Sequence record: PQ826432.1
Direction: 5' to 3' (one strand)
Length of the DNA: 61,452 bases
Source of the DNA: a phage
Both the position numbers and the translations under genes were made by a program. Under the pieces are notes generated by a model. That model did no database searches. It saw only the letters and a program-made list of their open reading frames with translations, and had not been told where the DNA came from. This document shows, piece by piece, positions 47,635 through 57,644 of the stretch. Numbering within the stretch: the stretch's first letter is position 1; every line of letters begins with the position of its first letter.

Positions 47635-47933
47635 TGCGTGTATTAAGTCAGGTTGTGCATACTAAAGAAGTTGAATACTTTGGTAATAAGCTTGATGTCC
47701 CTGAATGGGTACGGTGGCTGGCTACGGATCAAGACGGTACAGTTTACGGATTCGAGTATGAGCCAACGTTGATGGACATTGAAACTAAATGGACATCATA
47801 CTGGGAAGATGATAACTTTTGTGAAATGGCAGAAGTTGACCTCGAAGGTATGGATTATAGACAAACATTAGTGAAGGTGAAAAGAAATGATCACTTTGGA
47901 AGAAGCGAAACAGCATCAGGAAATGATTACTGA
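47634..47933 (+). CDS. hypothetical protein (99 aa)
   Basis: ORF track. Confidence 0.4.
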   Translation: MRVLSQVVHTKEVEYFGNKLDVPEWVRWLATDQDGTVYGFEYEPTLMDIETKWTSYWEDDNFCEMAEVDLEGMDYRQTLVKVKRNDHFGRSETASGNDY

Positions 47934-48099
47934 GCTGGTAGAAAAACTTAATTCTTCAATTGCTCACGCTACTATGCAAGGTGTGCATGTAGAATTAGAT
48001 ATTAATCACGTTAGCACAATTGGAGCTCGCAATCATCCAATTGTAATGTCTAACGTAACAATCAACCCTTGTAATATTAAAGGTGAAGTAAATGAATGA
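47887..48099 (+). CDS. hypothetical protein (70 aa)
   Basis: ORF track; overlaps upstream ORF end. Confidence 0.3.
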   Translation: MITLEEAKQHQEMITELVEKLNSSIAHATMQGVHVELDINHVSTIGARNHPIVMSNVTINPCNIKGEVNE

Positions 48100-48280
48100 A
48101 GAAACTGTAATCCTTATGCAGAAAATTCAACGTTTACAAGACGAGTTGAATGACGCTATTTGTCGTGCTGCATCCAAGAAAATACATTCGGAGCTTGAGA
48201 TACACCAGCGTCAGGTAACCTCTGAAGCTGTAGTTGAACAAGTAGTCATTAACCTTAATATTAGCCTTAAAGGTTTCTAA
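48092..48280 (+). CDS. hypothetical protein (62 aa)
   Basis: ORF track. Confidence 0.3.
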   Translation: MNEETVILMQKIQRLQDELNDAICRAASKKIHSELEIHQRQVTSEAVVEQVVINLNISLKGF

Positions 48281-48281
48281 A

Positions 48282-48989
48282 ATGAATAAATTAGATAAAC
48301 TGGTATTCCCTGTAAAAAATCATAACTCCGCCGTTGTGGTCCTGTCTGGCGGCCAGGACAGCGTGACCTGTTTAGGTCTTGCACTTAATAACTATGATAA
48401 GGTTTACGCTATTGGTTTTGCATACGGTCAACGTCACACTGTGGAATTGGCTTGCGCTGAACAGATATGTAAAGAGCACGATGTCCCATTTGTTGTCTTT
48501 GAATTACCTGCTTTGAAACAGATTGGTAATAGTGCTTTAATCGGGAACGAAGGTGATGTTAACGAACATCACGAACAGCACAACAACCTTCCGGCAAGCT
48601 TTGTGCCAAACCGTAATGCGCTTTTCCTGACTACCGCGCACGCCTACGCGCAGAAAGTTGGCGCCAGATATGTGGTTACAGGCGTTTGTGAAACAGACTA
48701 TAGCGGTTATCCGGATTGCCGCCAGCAGTTTGTAGACCTGCTTGAAGCTACATTAAACGTTGGATATGAAACAGATATTCATTTCGTTACCCCGCTTATG
48801 CGTTTAAATAAAGCAGAAACGTTTGAGCTGGCGGATAAGGTTGGTTTCTTAACCACAGTGATTGAGCAGTCCCATACTTGCTATAATGGCGTCCGTCGTA
48901 CTCTGCATGACTGGGGATATGGTTGCGGTGAATGTCCTGCGTGCAAACTGCGTGCTAAAGGGTACAGCGAATTTATTAGCAAAGCTTGA
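48282..48989 (+). CDS. queC: 7-cyano-7-deazaguanine synthase
   Basis: PP-loop SGGQDS; C-terminal Cys4; no amidotransferase domain. Confidence 0.8.
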   Translation: MNKLDKLVFPVKNHNSAVVVLSGGQDSVTCLGLALNNYDKVYAIGFAYGQRHTVELACAEQICKEHDVPFVVFELPALKQIGNSALIGNEGDVNEHHEQHNNLPASFVPNRNALFLTTAHAYAQKVGARYVVTGVCETDYSGYPDCRQQFVDLLEATLNVGYETDIHFVTPLMRLNKAETFELADKVGFLTTVIEQSHTCYNGVRRTLHDWGYGCGECPACKLRAKGYSEFISKA

Positions 48990-49109
48990 TCTTACAGCGA
49001 AAACCGCACCGCTAGCGCATTGTTTAGGGTGCGGGAACCCAACTATACTACTAAAGCTTTTAAACCCAACAACCAGCGAATAACGCTGTTAAAACTGGAG
49101 AACAAAAGT

Positions 49110-49589
49110 ATGAAATTTATCGTCGCTTATCTGGCTGCAATTACATTCGTAAACCTGGGCTTTTCCTACCTTCCAATGCTTAATACGCCGCTTGGCGTGG
49201 TCCCGATGATGGCTTTCTTTGTAGGTATTATCTTTGTGTTGCGTGACTACGCACAGCGTAACGCTGGCAAAGGCGTTATCCCTGCAATGATTGTGGGTTG
49301 CATTCTTAGCTGGGTATTTGGAGATCCTGCTGTTGTAGTTGCATCCGTTGCATCCTTTGCTCTTAGCGAGTTTGCGGACTATGCGGTATACACGATTACT
49401 AAGAAGCCATTTCATCAACGTGTATTTATTAGCTCTTTGGTAGCTGTACCAATTGACTCCATTGTGTTCTTAAGTATTATAGGTATTGTTAATCCGGGAT
49501 CAATGGTAGCAATGAGCTTAAGTAAGTTCACAGCATCTGCCATCCTTTGGGTTGTTTATGAAGTTCATTCACGTACAGCGAGAGCGTAA
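49110..49589 (+). CDS. membrane protein, possible YhhQ-like queuosine-precursor transporter
   Basis: ORF track 49020..49589; ATG 49110 with GGAG SD; multi-TM with SEFADYAVYT; location inside que cluster. Confidence 0.4.
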   Translation: MKFIVAYLAAITFVNLGFSYLPMLNTPLGVVPMMAFFVGIIFVLRDYAQRNAGKGVIPAMIVGCILSWVFGDPAVVVASVASFALSEFADYAVYTITKKPFHQRVFISSLVAVPIDSIVFLSIIGIVNPGSMVAMSLSKFTASAILWVVYEVHSRTARA

Positions 49590-49591
49590 AA

Positions 49592-50182
49592 ATGAAAGAT
49601 AATCTTAATAAAATTTGGCACCAGCACGATGGGAAAGGAATGCCAATCTTTCTTCGCAATGAAAAGTTTGAAGTTCGTTTGCGCAACGGCACACACGTTA
49701 AGAATCTATTACATGGATGGGACTGGGCTATAGAAGGGCGTTCGGCTATGGATGAGAATAGCCCTTATAAAATTCAAGATATTATAGCCTGGCGATATAT
49801 CGTTGCGGATGATTACGTCAAACAAGCCCAGGAAAATACTCGCTCCGGAGTGTATCATCACCCTTCTAGTGAAATAAGCATAAGTAATACATTTAATGGT
49901 GCAGTTTTTACGAAATATGAACCATCTAAAATTCCCATGAATAAATATCAGAGAATTATTTATGGTAAAGATCAAAACGGTAATGTTGTAAAATGCATCG
50001 TGGACGTGTATGATGTCTTGGAAGCTTGGAAAACAACTAACCCAGCTTTACAACATTTGATTAAAAAGGCGTTGCAGCCTGGCGAACGCGGTCATAAAAG
50101 TCTGGTAGAAGACTTGAAAGATATTATTGCATCCGCACAGCGTGCGTTAGAAATTGAACAGTCTAAAGAGGTATTAAAATGA
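49592..50182 (+). CDS. hypothetical protein (196 aa)
   Basis: ORF track. Confidence 0.45.
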   Translation: MKDNLNKIWHQHDGKGMPIFLRNEKFEVRLRNGTHVKNLLHGWDWAIEGRSAMDENSPYKIQDIIAWRYIVADDYVKQAQENTRSGVYHHPSSEISISNTFNGAVFTKYEPSKIPMNKYQRIIYGKDQNGNVVKCIVDVYDVLEAWKTTNPALQHLIKKALQPGERGHKSLVEDLKDIIASAQRALEIEQSKEVLK

Positions 50183-50703
50183 GCTATACAGTAATTCGTT
50201 CACATGAAATTTGCGCAGGACATCGTGTTGTAGGCCACGAAAGCAAATGTCGCCACCTGCACGGTCACAACTATAAGTTTCACTTTAAGGTTGCACCGAA
50301 ACATGGATGCGGAAAAGTAGTGACACGAGGAAAGCTGGTTGAGGACGGACTGGACAACGTTGGGCGCGTGATAGACTTTAGTGTGGTTAAAACTACGCTG
50401 TGTCAGTGGTTGGAAGATAATTGGGATCATAAGTTCCTGCATTGGGAACATGACAGCGTAATTAATTCACTTATTGTTGTTGCATCAACTGAGTTCGCAC
50501 GTGAAAATAATCTAGTAAAGGATGAAGATTATGATCCTTTCGTTGATTCACTGGTAGCTCTACCATTCAACCCAACTGCGGAAAACTTAGCTGCATATAT
50601 GGTTGACGTGATTGGTCCTCAATTACTTGACCAGTATGGTGTTGAACTTGTAGAATGCACCATTGAAGAAACGTCCAAATGCCATGTTAACTATTGCAAA
50701 TGA
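50179..50703 (+). CDS. queD: 6-carboxy-5,6,7,8-tetrahydropterin synthase
   Basis: CRHLHGHNY motif (Cys-x3-HGH). Confidence 0.75.
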   Translation: MSYTVIRSHEICAGHRVVGHESKCRHLHGHNYKFHFKVAPKHGCGKVVTRGKLVEDGLDNVGRVIDFSVVKTTLCQWLEDNWDHKFLHWEHDSVINSLIVVASTEFARENNLVKDEDYDPFVDSLVALPFNPTAENLAAYMVDVIGPQLLDQYGVELVECTIEETSKCHVNYCK

Positions 50704-50729
50704 TTGACCACACAAGGAAACTGCAAACC

Positions 50730-51338
50730 ATGTCTAAATATAGTATTAATAGTGAAGGTGTTCAATTCCGTATTGCTAACGCTGTGCGTACTTTACTATC
50801 CCAAATTGAAGTTAGCGCGGTTCTGCGCCCAGGGCTGGAGGAGACTCCAGATCGTGTAGCTAAAGCTTATGCTACATGGTTTAGCGGTTACGATGTAGAT
50901 ATTGCTGGTCTGTTTAAAACCTTTGAGGATGGGGCGGAAAACACCAATGAAATGGTCATAGTCCGTGATATTCCTGTATACAGTCATTGTGAGCATCACA
51001 TGGCCCCTATCATCGGTCATGCTGTTGTGGGTTATGTCCCCAATGGGAAGATCGTTGGGCTCAGTAAGCTGTCTCGCGTTGTGGATGCTTTTAGTCGTCG
51101 CTTGCAAGTTCAGGAACGTCTTACTAATCAGATTGCAGACGCTATTGAAGAGCATTTAAATCCGAAAGCTGTATGCGTTTATATTGACGCCAAACATATG
51201 TGCATGGAGTCGCGCGGTGTTAAGCAGGTATGCGGCAGCTCTACTATTACCAAAGCGTTCCGGGGCGCTACAGAACTGTGGCATGGTAGCGATATTGGCA
51301 AAGAATGGCGCCGGGAGTTTCTCGAAGCTTGTAAATAA
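50730..51338 (+). CDS. folE: GTP cyclohydrolase I
   Basis: ETPDRVAKAY, SHCEHH, GLSKLSR, QVQERLT motifs; start moved to ATG 50730. Confidence 0.85.
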   Translation: MSKYSINSEGVQFRIANAVRTLLSQIEVSAVLRPGLEETPDRVAKAYATWFSGYDVDIAGLFKTFEDGAENTNEMVIVRDIPVYSHCEHHMAPIIGHAVVGYVPNGKIVGLSKLSRVVDAFSRRLQVQERLTNQIADAIEEHLNPKAVCVYIDAKHMCMESRGVKQVCGSSTITKAFRGATELWHGSDIGKEWRREFLEACK

Positions 51339-51408
51339 TAGATAGCTTTACAGATCAAGCCCATATTGGTCATAATACTGATATGGGCTTTTTAGTTGGT
51401 ATAAGACA

Positions 51409-51966
51409 ATGGAAATTATCACAAGAGCTGAAGCAAAAGAAAGAGGTTTGAAATATTATTTTACTGGTAAGCCTTGTGCGAAAGGTCATGTTTCTGAAAG
51501 AAAGACTGTAGATGGATATTGTATTACTTGTGACAGAGAAGCACGAAAGAAAAGAATGCGTATTTACAATAAAACAGAAGCTGCAAGGAATGCTGTTAAG
51601 AGATACCATAAGTCACAGAAAGGAAAAGAAGCCCTCCAACGTTCAAAAGCTGCTTATGATTCTACTGAGAAAGGTAAAGAACAAAATAAAGAAAGGCTGA
51701 AACGCTGGGCTAAGACAGATTACGGTAAAGCTAGATCAAGGTTACATTCCCTTGAAGTGCATAAGAAAAGGTCTTTAAGAATCCCTGCGTGGTCTGAAAA
51801 AGAACAAATTGAATTGTTCTACGCTAACTGCCCGGATGGGATGGAGGTTGATCATATTATACCTCTTTGCGGTAAAAGAGTCAGTGGACTTCACGTCCTT
51901 AGTAACCTACAATACTTATCTATTGAAGAAAACAGATCTAAGCGTAATAAATTTGAGGTGGAATAA
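51409..51966 (+). CDS. HNH endonuclease inserted between folE and dpdA-like gene
   Basis: Cys-rich N-terminus; DHIIPL...GLHVLSNLQYL...N HNH motif. Confidence 0.6.
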   Translation: MEIITRAEAKERGLKYYFTGKPCAKGHVSERKTVDGYCITCDREARKKRMRIYNKTEAARNAVKRYHKSQKGKEALQRSKAAYDSTEKGKEQNKERLKRWAKTDYGKARSRLHSLEVHKKRSLRIPAWSEKEQIELFYANCPDGMEVDHIIPLCGKRVSGLHVLSNLQYLSIEENRSKRNKFEVE

Positions 51967-52886
51967 TGCATCTGTTTGTCGCTGCGGTATATACCAACGG
52001 CTATAAAGCTGGTCAACAACGATATGAAAAGTTAAACGATCGGGAAAAAGACATTGTTAATAGCCTTCCAAATATTTTGGAATCATACCACTACGTTGGG
52101 CGTCAGAAGTATGTTGATCAGATGCGTGCGGATGGGGCTAAAGTGTTTCTCGACTCCGGTGCATTCTCTGCGCACTCTTTGGGTGCTCACATTGATATTG
52201 TTGAATACTGCGAATACATTAAGCGCAACAAAGACATCCTTCGCGTAGAAGATGGTGCAGTAATGGCGTCGGTGCTCGATGGTATCGGTGATCCGTTGCA
52301 GACCTACCGTAACCAGCTTGAAATGGAAGCACGCGGTGCTAAACCGTTACCTTGCTTTCACTTTGGGGAGGACTTCCGCTATCTCGAATATTACATGAAG
52401 AACTACGAATATATCACCATCGGGGGTATGGTAGGGCGTTCTACGGACACGCTAAAGACTTGGCTTGACCGCATGTGGGACAAATACATTTGCGATGGTA
52501 GCGGTCGCCCTAAGATTAAGCTTCATGCGTTTGGTATTACGTCAACAACCATTATGGAGCGTTATCCGTGGTATAGCTGTGACTCATCCTCCTGGATTCA
52601 AGCAGCAGCGTTTGGAAGTGTGGTTACTCCTCCGTGGGGACCAATGCGCGTATCAGATAAGTCACCGGACCGCCATCATTTTGGTAAGCATGTTTCAACA
52701 TTAACTGAAATTGAACAAGACGCTGTCCTTAAATACCTTGAGCAAAACGGTTTCACTTACGAACGTTTATCAACAATCTATGAATCACGTGCTGCCTTCA
52801 ACTTATGGGCGTATGGTGTAATTGCTGCAAATATCAACGCTACCCATGACGGCACATTCCGTGATCGTGTAATGGAGTTGTTCTGA
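51966..52886 (+). CDS. dpdA: DpdA-like 7-deazaguanine DNA transglycosylase (TGT-like)
   Basis: FLDSGAFS and HAFGI resemble TGT motifs; size and location in deazaguanine cluster. Confidence 0.55.
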   Translation: MHLFVAAVYTNGYKAGQQRYEKLNDREKDIVNSLPNILESYHYVGRQKYVDQMRADGAKVFLDSGAFSAHSLGAHIDIVEYCEYIKRNKDILRVEDGAVMASVLDGIGDPLQTYRNQLEMEARGAKPLPCFHFGEDFRYLEYYMKNYEYITIGGMVGRSTDTLKTWLDRMWDKYICDGSGRPKIKLHAFGITSTTIMERYPWYSCDSSSWIQAAAFGSVVTPPWGPMRVSDKSPDRHHFGKHVSTLTEIEQDAVLKYLEQNGFTYERLSTIYESRAAFNLWAYGVIAANINATHDGTFRDRVMELF

Positions 52887-53113
52887 TGGCTAACTTAAGA
52901 AGACCAAAAAGTAAACGTAAATATACTCACACAGGCGTAAGAATTAATTATTACGGTGAAAACAGAGTAGTATTTCTCCACAAGACACCTAAGCAGTGGC
53001 AGGATCCGTCAGGCACATGGTTTAATGCACAAGGAAAACAAATGGGACTTTATGGATACCCTCCAACCTGTGAATTAGATTTAACCACAATTAGAGCAAT
53101 CGAGGATCGCTAA
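52886..53113 (+). CDS. hypothetical protein (75 aa)
   Basis: ORF track. Confidence 0.4.
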   Translation: MANLRRPKSKRKYTHTGVRINYYGENRVVFLHKTPKQWQDPSGTWFNAQGKQMGLYGYPPTCELDLTTIRAIEDR

Positions 53114-54066
53114 TGTTAGACGCTCTTAAATTTGTTCAAGGTTCCGTCGCTAAAAAGGAACTGGTAGAAGGGCTTACCAGCTTTCTTATTCGTGACGGAC
53201 AGGTTCAAGGCTTTAATGGTGTTATTGCACTGGGTAGCCCTATTGAGCTGGATATTGATTGCAAGCCCGAAGCTGGGCCTATGATTAAAGCTATTTCGAA
53301 CTGCGATGAAACAGTGCAGCTAACAATGATGGCTAACGGTAAGCTGAATATCAAGTCAGGGCCGTTTCGTGTTGCTATACGCTGCATTGATAAAGAAACA
53401 CCACACGTATTTCCTGAAGGTGATTTGTACGAAATAGACGGTGCTCGCTTCGTGCATGGCGTGAAGTCAGTTGCTCCATTTGTGGGGTCGGATGCTTCCC
53501 GTCCGTGGGCTTGCGGCATTCTGATCAATAACGGTAGTTTGTTTGCTACAAATAACGTCACTATTGCGGAATACTGGTTTGGCAATCAGTTCCCTATTGA
53601 CTGCATAATACCGTCTGTTGCTATCAAAGAAATACTTCGCATTAAAGCTAACCCGACACATATTCAGGTCAGTAAAAATAACGTAACGTTCCATTATCCG
53701 GAAGGTCGCTGGTTGCGGACACAGCTTATTGATGCAGAGTGGCCCGATATACGTCGTATTTTAAATGTTCCATGCAATGCACATCCTGTTGATCCAGGTC
53801 TTTTTGAAGGCTTGCATAAAATTAAACCGTTCGCAGAAGACCGACCGCGTGTATATATTGAAAACGGTCTGGCCCGTACTCATTACGACGATGCAGAAGG
53901 TGCAAGCTTCGTATTACAAGACCGAACAATAACGGGAGTGTACAATATTGATATCCTGCTATTGCTTGAAAATGTGGTTAAGACTGCGGACTTTAGTTTG
54001 TATCCGCAACCTTGCGCATTCTTTGGGGAAAATCTTCGCGGTGTATTAATTGGAGAACGTGTCTAA
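53113..54066 (+). CDS. DnaN-like sliding clamp
   Basis: DAEWPDIRRILN resembles E. coli DnaN DGRFPDYRRVLP; ATN(N)...A segment resembles VATDGHRLA; precedes DNA polymerase. Confidence 0.45.
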   Translation: MLDALKFVQGSVAKKELVEGLTSFLIRDGQVQGFNGVIALGSPIELDIDCKPEAGPMIKAISNCDETVQLTMMANGKLNIKSGPFRVAIRCIDKETPHVFPEGDLYEIDGARFVHGVKSVAPFVGSDASRPWACGILINNGSLFATNNVTIAEYWFGNQFPIDCIIPSVAIKEILRIKANPTHIQVSKNNVTFHYPEGRWLRTQLIDAEWPDIRRILNVPCNAHPVDPGLFEGLHKIKPFAEDRPRVYIENGLARTHYDDAEGASFVLQDRTITGVYNIDILLLLENVVKTADFSLYPQPCAFFGENLRGVLIGERV

Positions 54067-56051
54067 TGCGGACAGATGCTATTGGTTTCTTTTGGCAGGA
54101 CTTACCGCCTGAGCCAAAAGCAAAGAAAGAAAAGGTTAAACGTTTACCGCCGGAGCGCACTTGGGAGCGCCCGGAATATTTGCCCAATCTTGAGGAAGCG
54201 CGGAACTTCCAATACAACCTGTACACACAGGACGAACTTATTCAAGCATGGATTAACCGCGAACCGCTTGTATACGATATTGAATGTTATCCAAACTATT
54301 TCTTGATTGCATTTCGCGGAGTACGAACTAAGAAAGTTGTTTACTTTGAAATGTATCACGGTTGTAGTTTGAATTGCTTGTTACTTAACTGGGTAATGAC
54401 AAACTTCCTTATCGTAAGCTTTAACGGTAACGGGTACGATATGCCCATTGCTACGCTTGCTCTTAACGGCTGCTCTAATGCTCAGCTTAAAGATGCAACC
54501 GATAAGATAATCGTGGAAGACTGGCGTCCTTCCGATGTGTTGAAGAGTTACCGCCTTAAGCGTATGCAGAACGTTAACCACATTGATATTATGGAAGTTC
54601 TGCCTGGATCTGGTGGTTTGAAACAATATGGCGGACGTGTACATACTCGCCATATGCAGGATTTACCGTTCAAGCCAAATACAATGTTGACGCAGGACCA
54701 GATGTTAATTGTACGCTGGTACTGTATTAACGACCTTGTACAGACGGAAGAATGTTTTATTGCATTACAGGAACCTTTACATCTTCGTGAAATTATGTCG
54801 CAAGAATACGGTGTGGATCTGCGTTCACGTTCTGATGCGCAGATTGCAGAAGACGTGATTAAACACGAAATTCAAGCGTTAACGGGCGTGCGTCCGCAGC
54901 GTCCACAAGTTTATCCTGGAACTAAATATGCATATAACATACCGGACTTTATTCGTTTTCAAACACCTCTGATGAATAGTGTTTTGGATATTGTTCGGGA
55001 CTGCCGCTTTGTTGTTAGCGATAACGGTGGCGTTAGCTTGCCTCCAGCGTTAACAGGTCTTGAGATTAAGATTGCAGACGGTGTTTACCGTATGGGTATT
55101 GGCGGTTTGCACAGCTCTGAAGAATGTGCTGGTCACGGTAAAGAGCCAGGTATTAAGAAGCGGGACATTGACGTAACGTCCTATTACCCTTCAATTATTC
55201 TTAATCAGGGCTTATACCCCGAACAGTTGGGACCAGCTTTCCTTCGTGTTTATAAAAGCATTGTAGACCGTCGTATTGCGGCTAAGCACTCAGGGGACAA
55301 GAACACAGCCAACACGCTGAAGATCGTTATCAACGGATCGTTCGGTAAGTTGGGGTCCATGTGGTCTGTACTGTACGCGCCCCAATTATTGATACAAGTT
55401 ACATTAACCGGACAGCTTTCACTGTTGATGCTTATTGAGGCATTTGAGTTGAATGGTGTTAAAGTAATTTCGGCTAACACGGACGGCATTGTGGTTAAGT
55501 ATCCAGACCACATGCAGGACTTCGTTGATAATATGATCAAGTGGTGGGAATCCGTAACAGGTTTTGAAATGGAATCCAACTACTATGACAAGCTGTACAG
55601 TGCTAACGTCAATAACTATGTTGCAGTAAAAGAACCTGACGAGGAAGGAAATGTTGAAATCAAGCGTAAAGGCTGGTTCGCAAAGACAGGTCTTCAAAAG
55701 AACTGTACTGGTGAAATTATTATGGAAGCTGTATGTGAATGTTTGGCCCACGGTACGCCTGTTTCTCGTACTATACGCAATTGCAACGATATTAGAAAAT
55801 TCATTATCCTACGTGCGGTAAAAGGCGGCGCGGTGTGGAATGGCGAATTTTTGGGTAAGGTTGTACGCTGGTACTTAAGCACTAATGAAGAAACACCTGA
55901 AATAATCTATGCTAACTCGGGCAACCGTGTAGCTGGTAGCGCGGGAGGTGTCCCGATTATGACGCTACCGGATAAAATACCGGACGACATAGATTATGAT
56001 GCTTATATAGCTAAAGCAGAGAAGTATCTCGAAGACATGGGATACGCCTAA
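54066..56051 (+). CDS. DNA polymerase (family B-like motifs, with 3'-5' exonuclease DxE)
   Basis: YDIE exo motif; DVTSYYPSII, KIVINGSFGK, NTDG; start at ATG 54066 overlapping upstream stop. Confidence 0.65.
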   Translation: MRTDAIGFFWQDLPPEPKAKKEKVKRLPPERTWERPEYLPNLEEARNFQYNLYTQDELIQAWINREPLVYDIECYPNYFLIAFRGVRTKKVVYFEMYHGCSLNCLLLNWVMTNFLIVSFNGNGYDMPIATLALNGCSNAQLKDATDKIIVEDWRPSDVLKSYRLKRMQNVNHIDIMEVLPGSGGLKQYGGRVHTRHMQDLPFKPNTMLTQDQMLIVRWYCINDLVQTEECFIALQEPLHLREIMSQEYGVDLRSRSDAQIAEDVIKHEIQALTGVRPQRPQVYPGTKYAYNIPDFIRFQTPLMNSVLDIVRDCRFVVSDNGGVSLPPALTGLEIKIADGVYRMGIGGLHSSEECAGHGKEPGIKKRDIDVTSYYPSIILNQGLYPEQLGPAFLRVYKSIVDRRIAAKHSGDKNTANTLKIVINGSFGKLGSMWSVLYAPQLLIQVTLTGQLSLLMLIEAFELNGVKVISANTDGIVVKYPDHMQDFVDNMIKWWESVTGFEMESNYYDKLYSANVNNYVAVKEPDEEGNVEIKRKGWFAKTGLQKNCTGEIIMEAVCECLAHGTPVSRTIRNCNDIRKFIILRAVKGGAVWNGEFLGKVVRWYLSTNEETPEIIYANSGNRVAGSAGGVPIMTLPDKIPDDIDYDAYIAKAEKYLEDMGYA

Positions 56052-56115
56052 ATTCTACTTGCAGACCCTTCGCGGGTCTGTTTTAATATATGCATACAAC
56101 AAGAGGAGATACAAA

Positions 56116-56400
56116 ATGAGCTTAGTAGACGATTACAATAAAGGTAAAATCGACGCGGTAGAACTTAACCGTCAGCTTAATAAACAAAATGAAGAACGCA
56201 AACAAGGTAAGTACCTTACAATGATTGTTGCGCTTATCTTCACTCTTATTGGTGGATGTGTTTACGGCTACATTAACCACACTGTTGAAGTCGGCAACGA
56301 ATGTCGCGCTAAATATCCAATTCACGTTGGTGTAACTCCACAGGAAGACATTGATGCGCTTCTGGAACTTCAAGCCTTATGTCGTAAAGGGAAAGCATAA
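56116..56400 (+). CDS. small membrane protein
   Basis: ORF track 56059..56400; ATG 56116 with AAGAGGAG SD; one TM helix. Confidence 0.4.
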   Translation: MSLVDDYNKGKIDAVELNRQLNKQNEERKQGKYLTMIVALIFTLIGGCVYGYINHTVEVGNECRAKYPIHVGVTPQEDIDALLELQALCRKGKA

Positions 56401-56693
56401 TGAAACGTTTATTACTCGTAACTTTGCTGATAGCGCCTGGTGTCCAAGCTGTGGATTTAAAAGATGCAGCAAAGAAACTATGCCAAGACCATCCTATTAA
56501 GTTACAATGTGAAGACCTTGTATCCAGCATGTTAACTCATTCTTACGTGATGGGACAAACGCAGCTTGGATGTGAGTTAGGTATTATTGATGCGTGCAAA
56601 GCAGCTCGTACCAATAAACATTTTGAAAAGAACGCACGTTGGCTGGAGCAGCGCATTAGAACCCTTGATCATAGGGGTACTTTTGGGGGCTAG
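56400..56693 (+). CDS. predicted secreted protein with signal peptide
   Basis: N-terminus MKRLLLVTLLIAPGVQA; four Cys. Confidence 0.4.
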   Translation: MKRLLLVTLLIAPGVQAVDLKDAAKKLCQDHPIKLQCEDLVSSMLTHSYVMGQTQLGCELGIIDACKAARTNKHFEKNARWLEQRIRTLDHRGTFGG

Positions 56694-56725
56694 CTGCGTG
56701 TAAAACCTTAAAGGGGTATATTAGC

Positions 56726-56932
56726 ATGGCTGGTAAAGAAAAGAGCGTAGCAAGCGATTTAGGTGTGGATGTAGTAAGTCGCGAACCGTGGCAACATGGG
56801 GATAAACCAGTAGTTTACATTCACGTCTATTACTGGAATAATATGACCGCTGAGCAACAAGAAGCGTTAAAGGTTTTAGCTGACGTTATTGTTGTTCCAG
56901 ATGAGCCAACTTCGGAATCACCGGAAGCGTAA
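56726..56932 (+). CDS. hypothetical protein (68 aa)
   Basis: ORF track. Confidence 0.4.
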   Translation: MAGKEKSVASDLGVDVVSREPWQHGDKPVVYIHVYYWNNMTAEQQEALKVLADVIVVPDEPTSESPEA

Positions 56933-56940
56933 TAAAATAA

Positions 56941-56964
56941 TACCCGCGTTCGCGCGGGTATTTT
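56941..56964 (+). terminator. rho-independent terminator
   Basis: TACCCGCG/CGCGGGTA stem, loop TTCG, then TTTT. Confidence 0.6.
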
Positions 56965-56975
56965 AAGGAGTGAAT

Positions 56976-57161
56976 ATGGCTAGAGCAGCAAAAGGTTACA
57001 GACAGACTTTTAAGCTAATTGGCGGTCCGTGGGACGGGCAAAAGGTGCAACTATATAGCGCGGGAACGCTGGAATTTTCAGTGAAAAGCTTCGACTCACG
57101 TCCAGGGCGCTATGTACCAGCGGGCAATAATTATAATCTAATCTGGGAGTTTGCTAAATGA
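56976..57161 (+). CDS. hypothetical protein (about 61 aa)
   Basis: ORF track 56970..57161 (GTG); ATG 56976 with AAGGAG SD. Confidence 0.4.
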   Translation: MARAAKGYRQTFKLIGGPWDGQKVQLYSAGTLEFSVKSFDSRPGRYVPAGNNYNLIWEFAK

Positions 57162-57364
57162 ATGTATATGTGGTTATGTATTTTGTAATTGGTGCAATCA
57201 TTGCGGCAATGACTTATTTCTTTTGTTGGGATAACTATGATTATGCGCTAGCCCATAAGAAACGTTGGGAGAAGATTGTGAGTCTTCTATGTATACTCGC
57301 TTGCTGGCCAGTCACTATTATTGCGACTACTTATGATCAATACATGTACAGGAGAAGACGTTGA
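57158..57364 (+). CDS. small membrane protein
   Basis: ORF track; two hydrophobic helices. Confidence 0.4.
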   Translation: MNVYVVMYFVIGAIIAAMTYFFCWDNYDYALAHKKRWEKIVSLLCILACWPVTIIATTYDQYMYRRRR

Positions 57365-57642
57365 TGGAATACCTGCTAGTAATTGTTGCGCTGTTTCTTA
57401 TTATTGTGGTTATAATGACCGGAGACAGTAACGAGAAAGGTTTCACAGCAATGAGCAGGGCGTTATTACGCGCCCTTGCTGTCGCACTGCTTGGAACCAG
57501 CTTTGCTATAGCGTTTGGGATTGTGGAGATCCCTAGCACCTATTACGGTTTTGTTAAAGTTCAACATCAACTCACTTATGCTACCGTCGTCGGATTGGGT
57601 GCTGTAACACTTGCAATCCTGTCAGCTTTTCATAAGCGTTAA
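57361..57642 (+). CDS. small membrane protein
   Basis: ORF track; hydrophobic helices. Confidence 0.4.
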   Translation: MMEYLLVIVALFLIIVVIMTGDSNEKGFTAMSRALLRALAVALLGTSFAIAFGIVEIPSTYYGFVKVQHQLTYATVVGLGAVTLAILSAFHKR

Positions 57643-57644
57643 AG

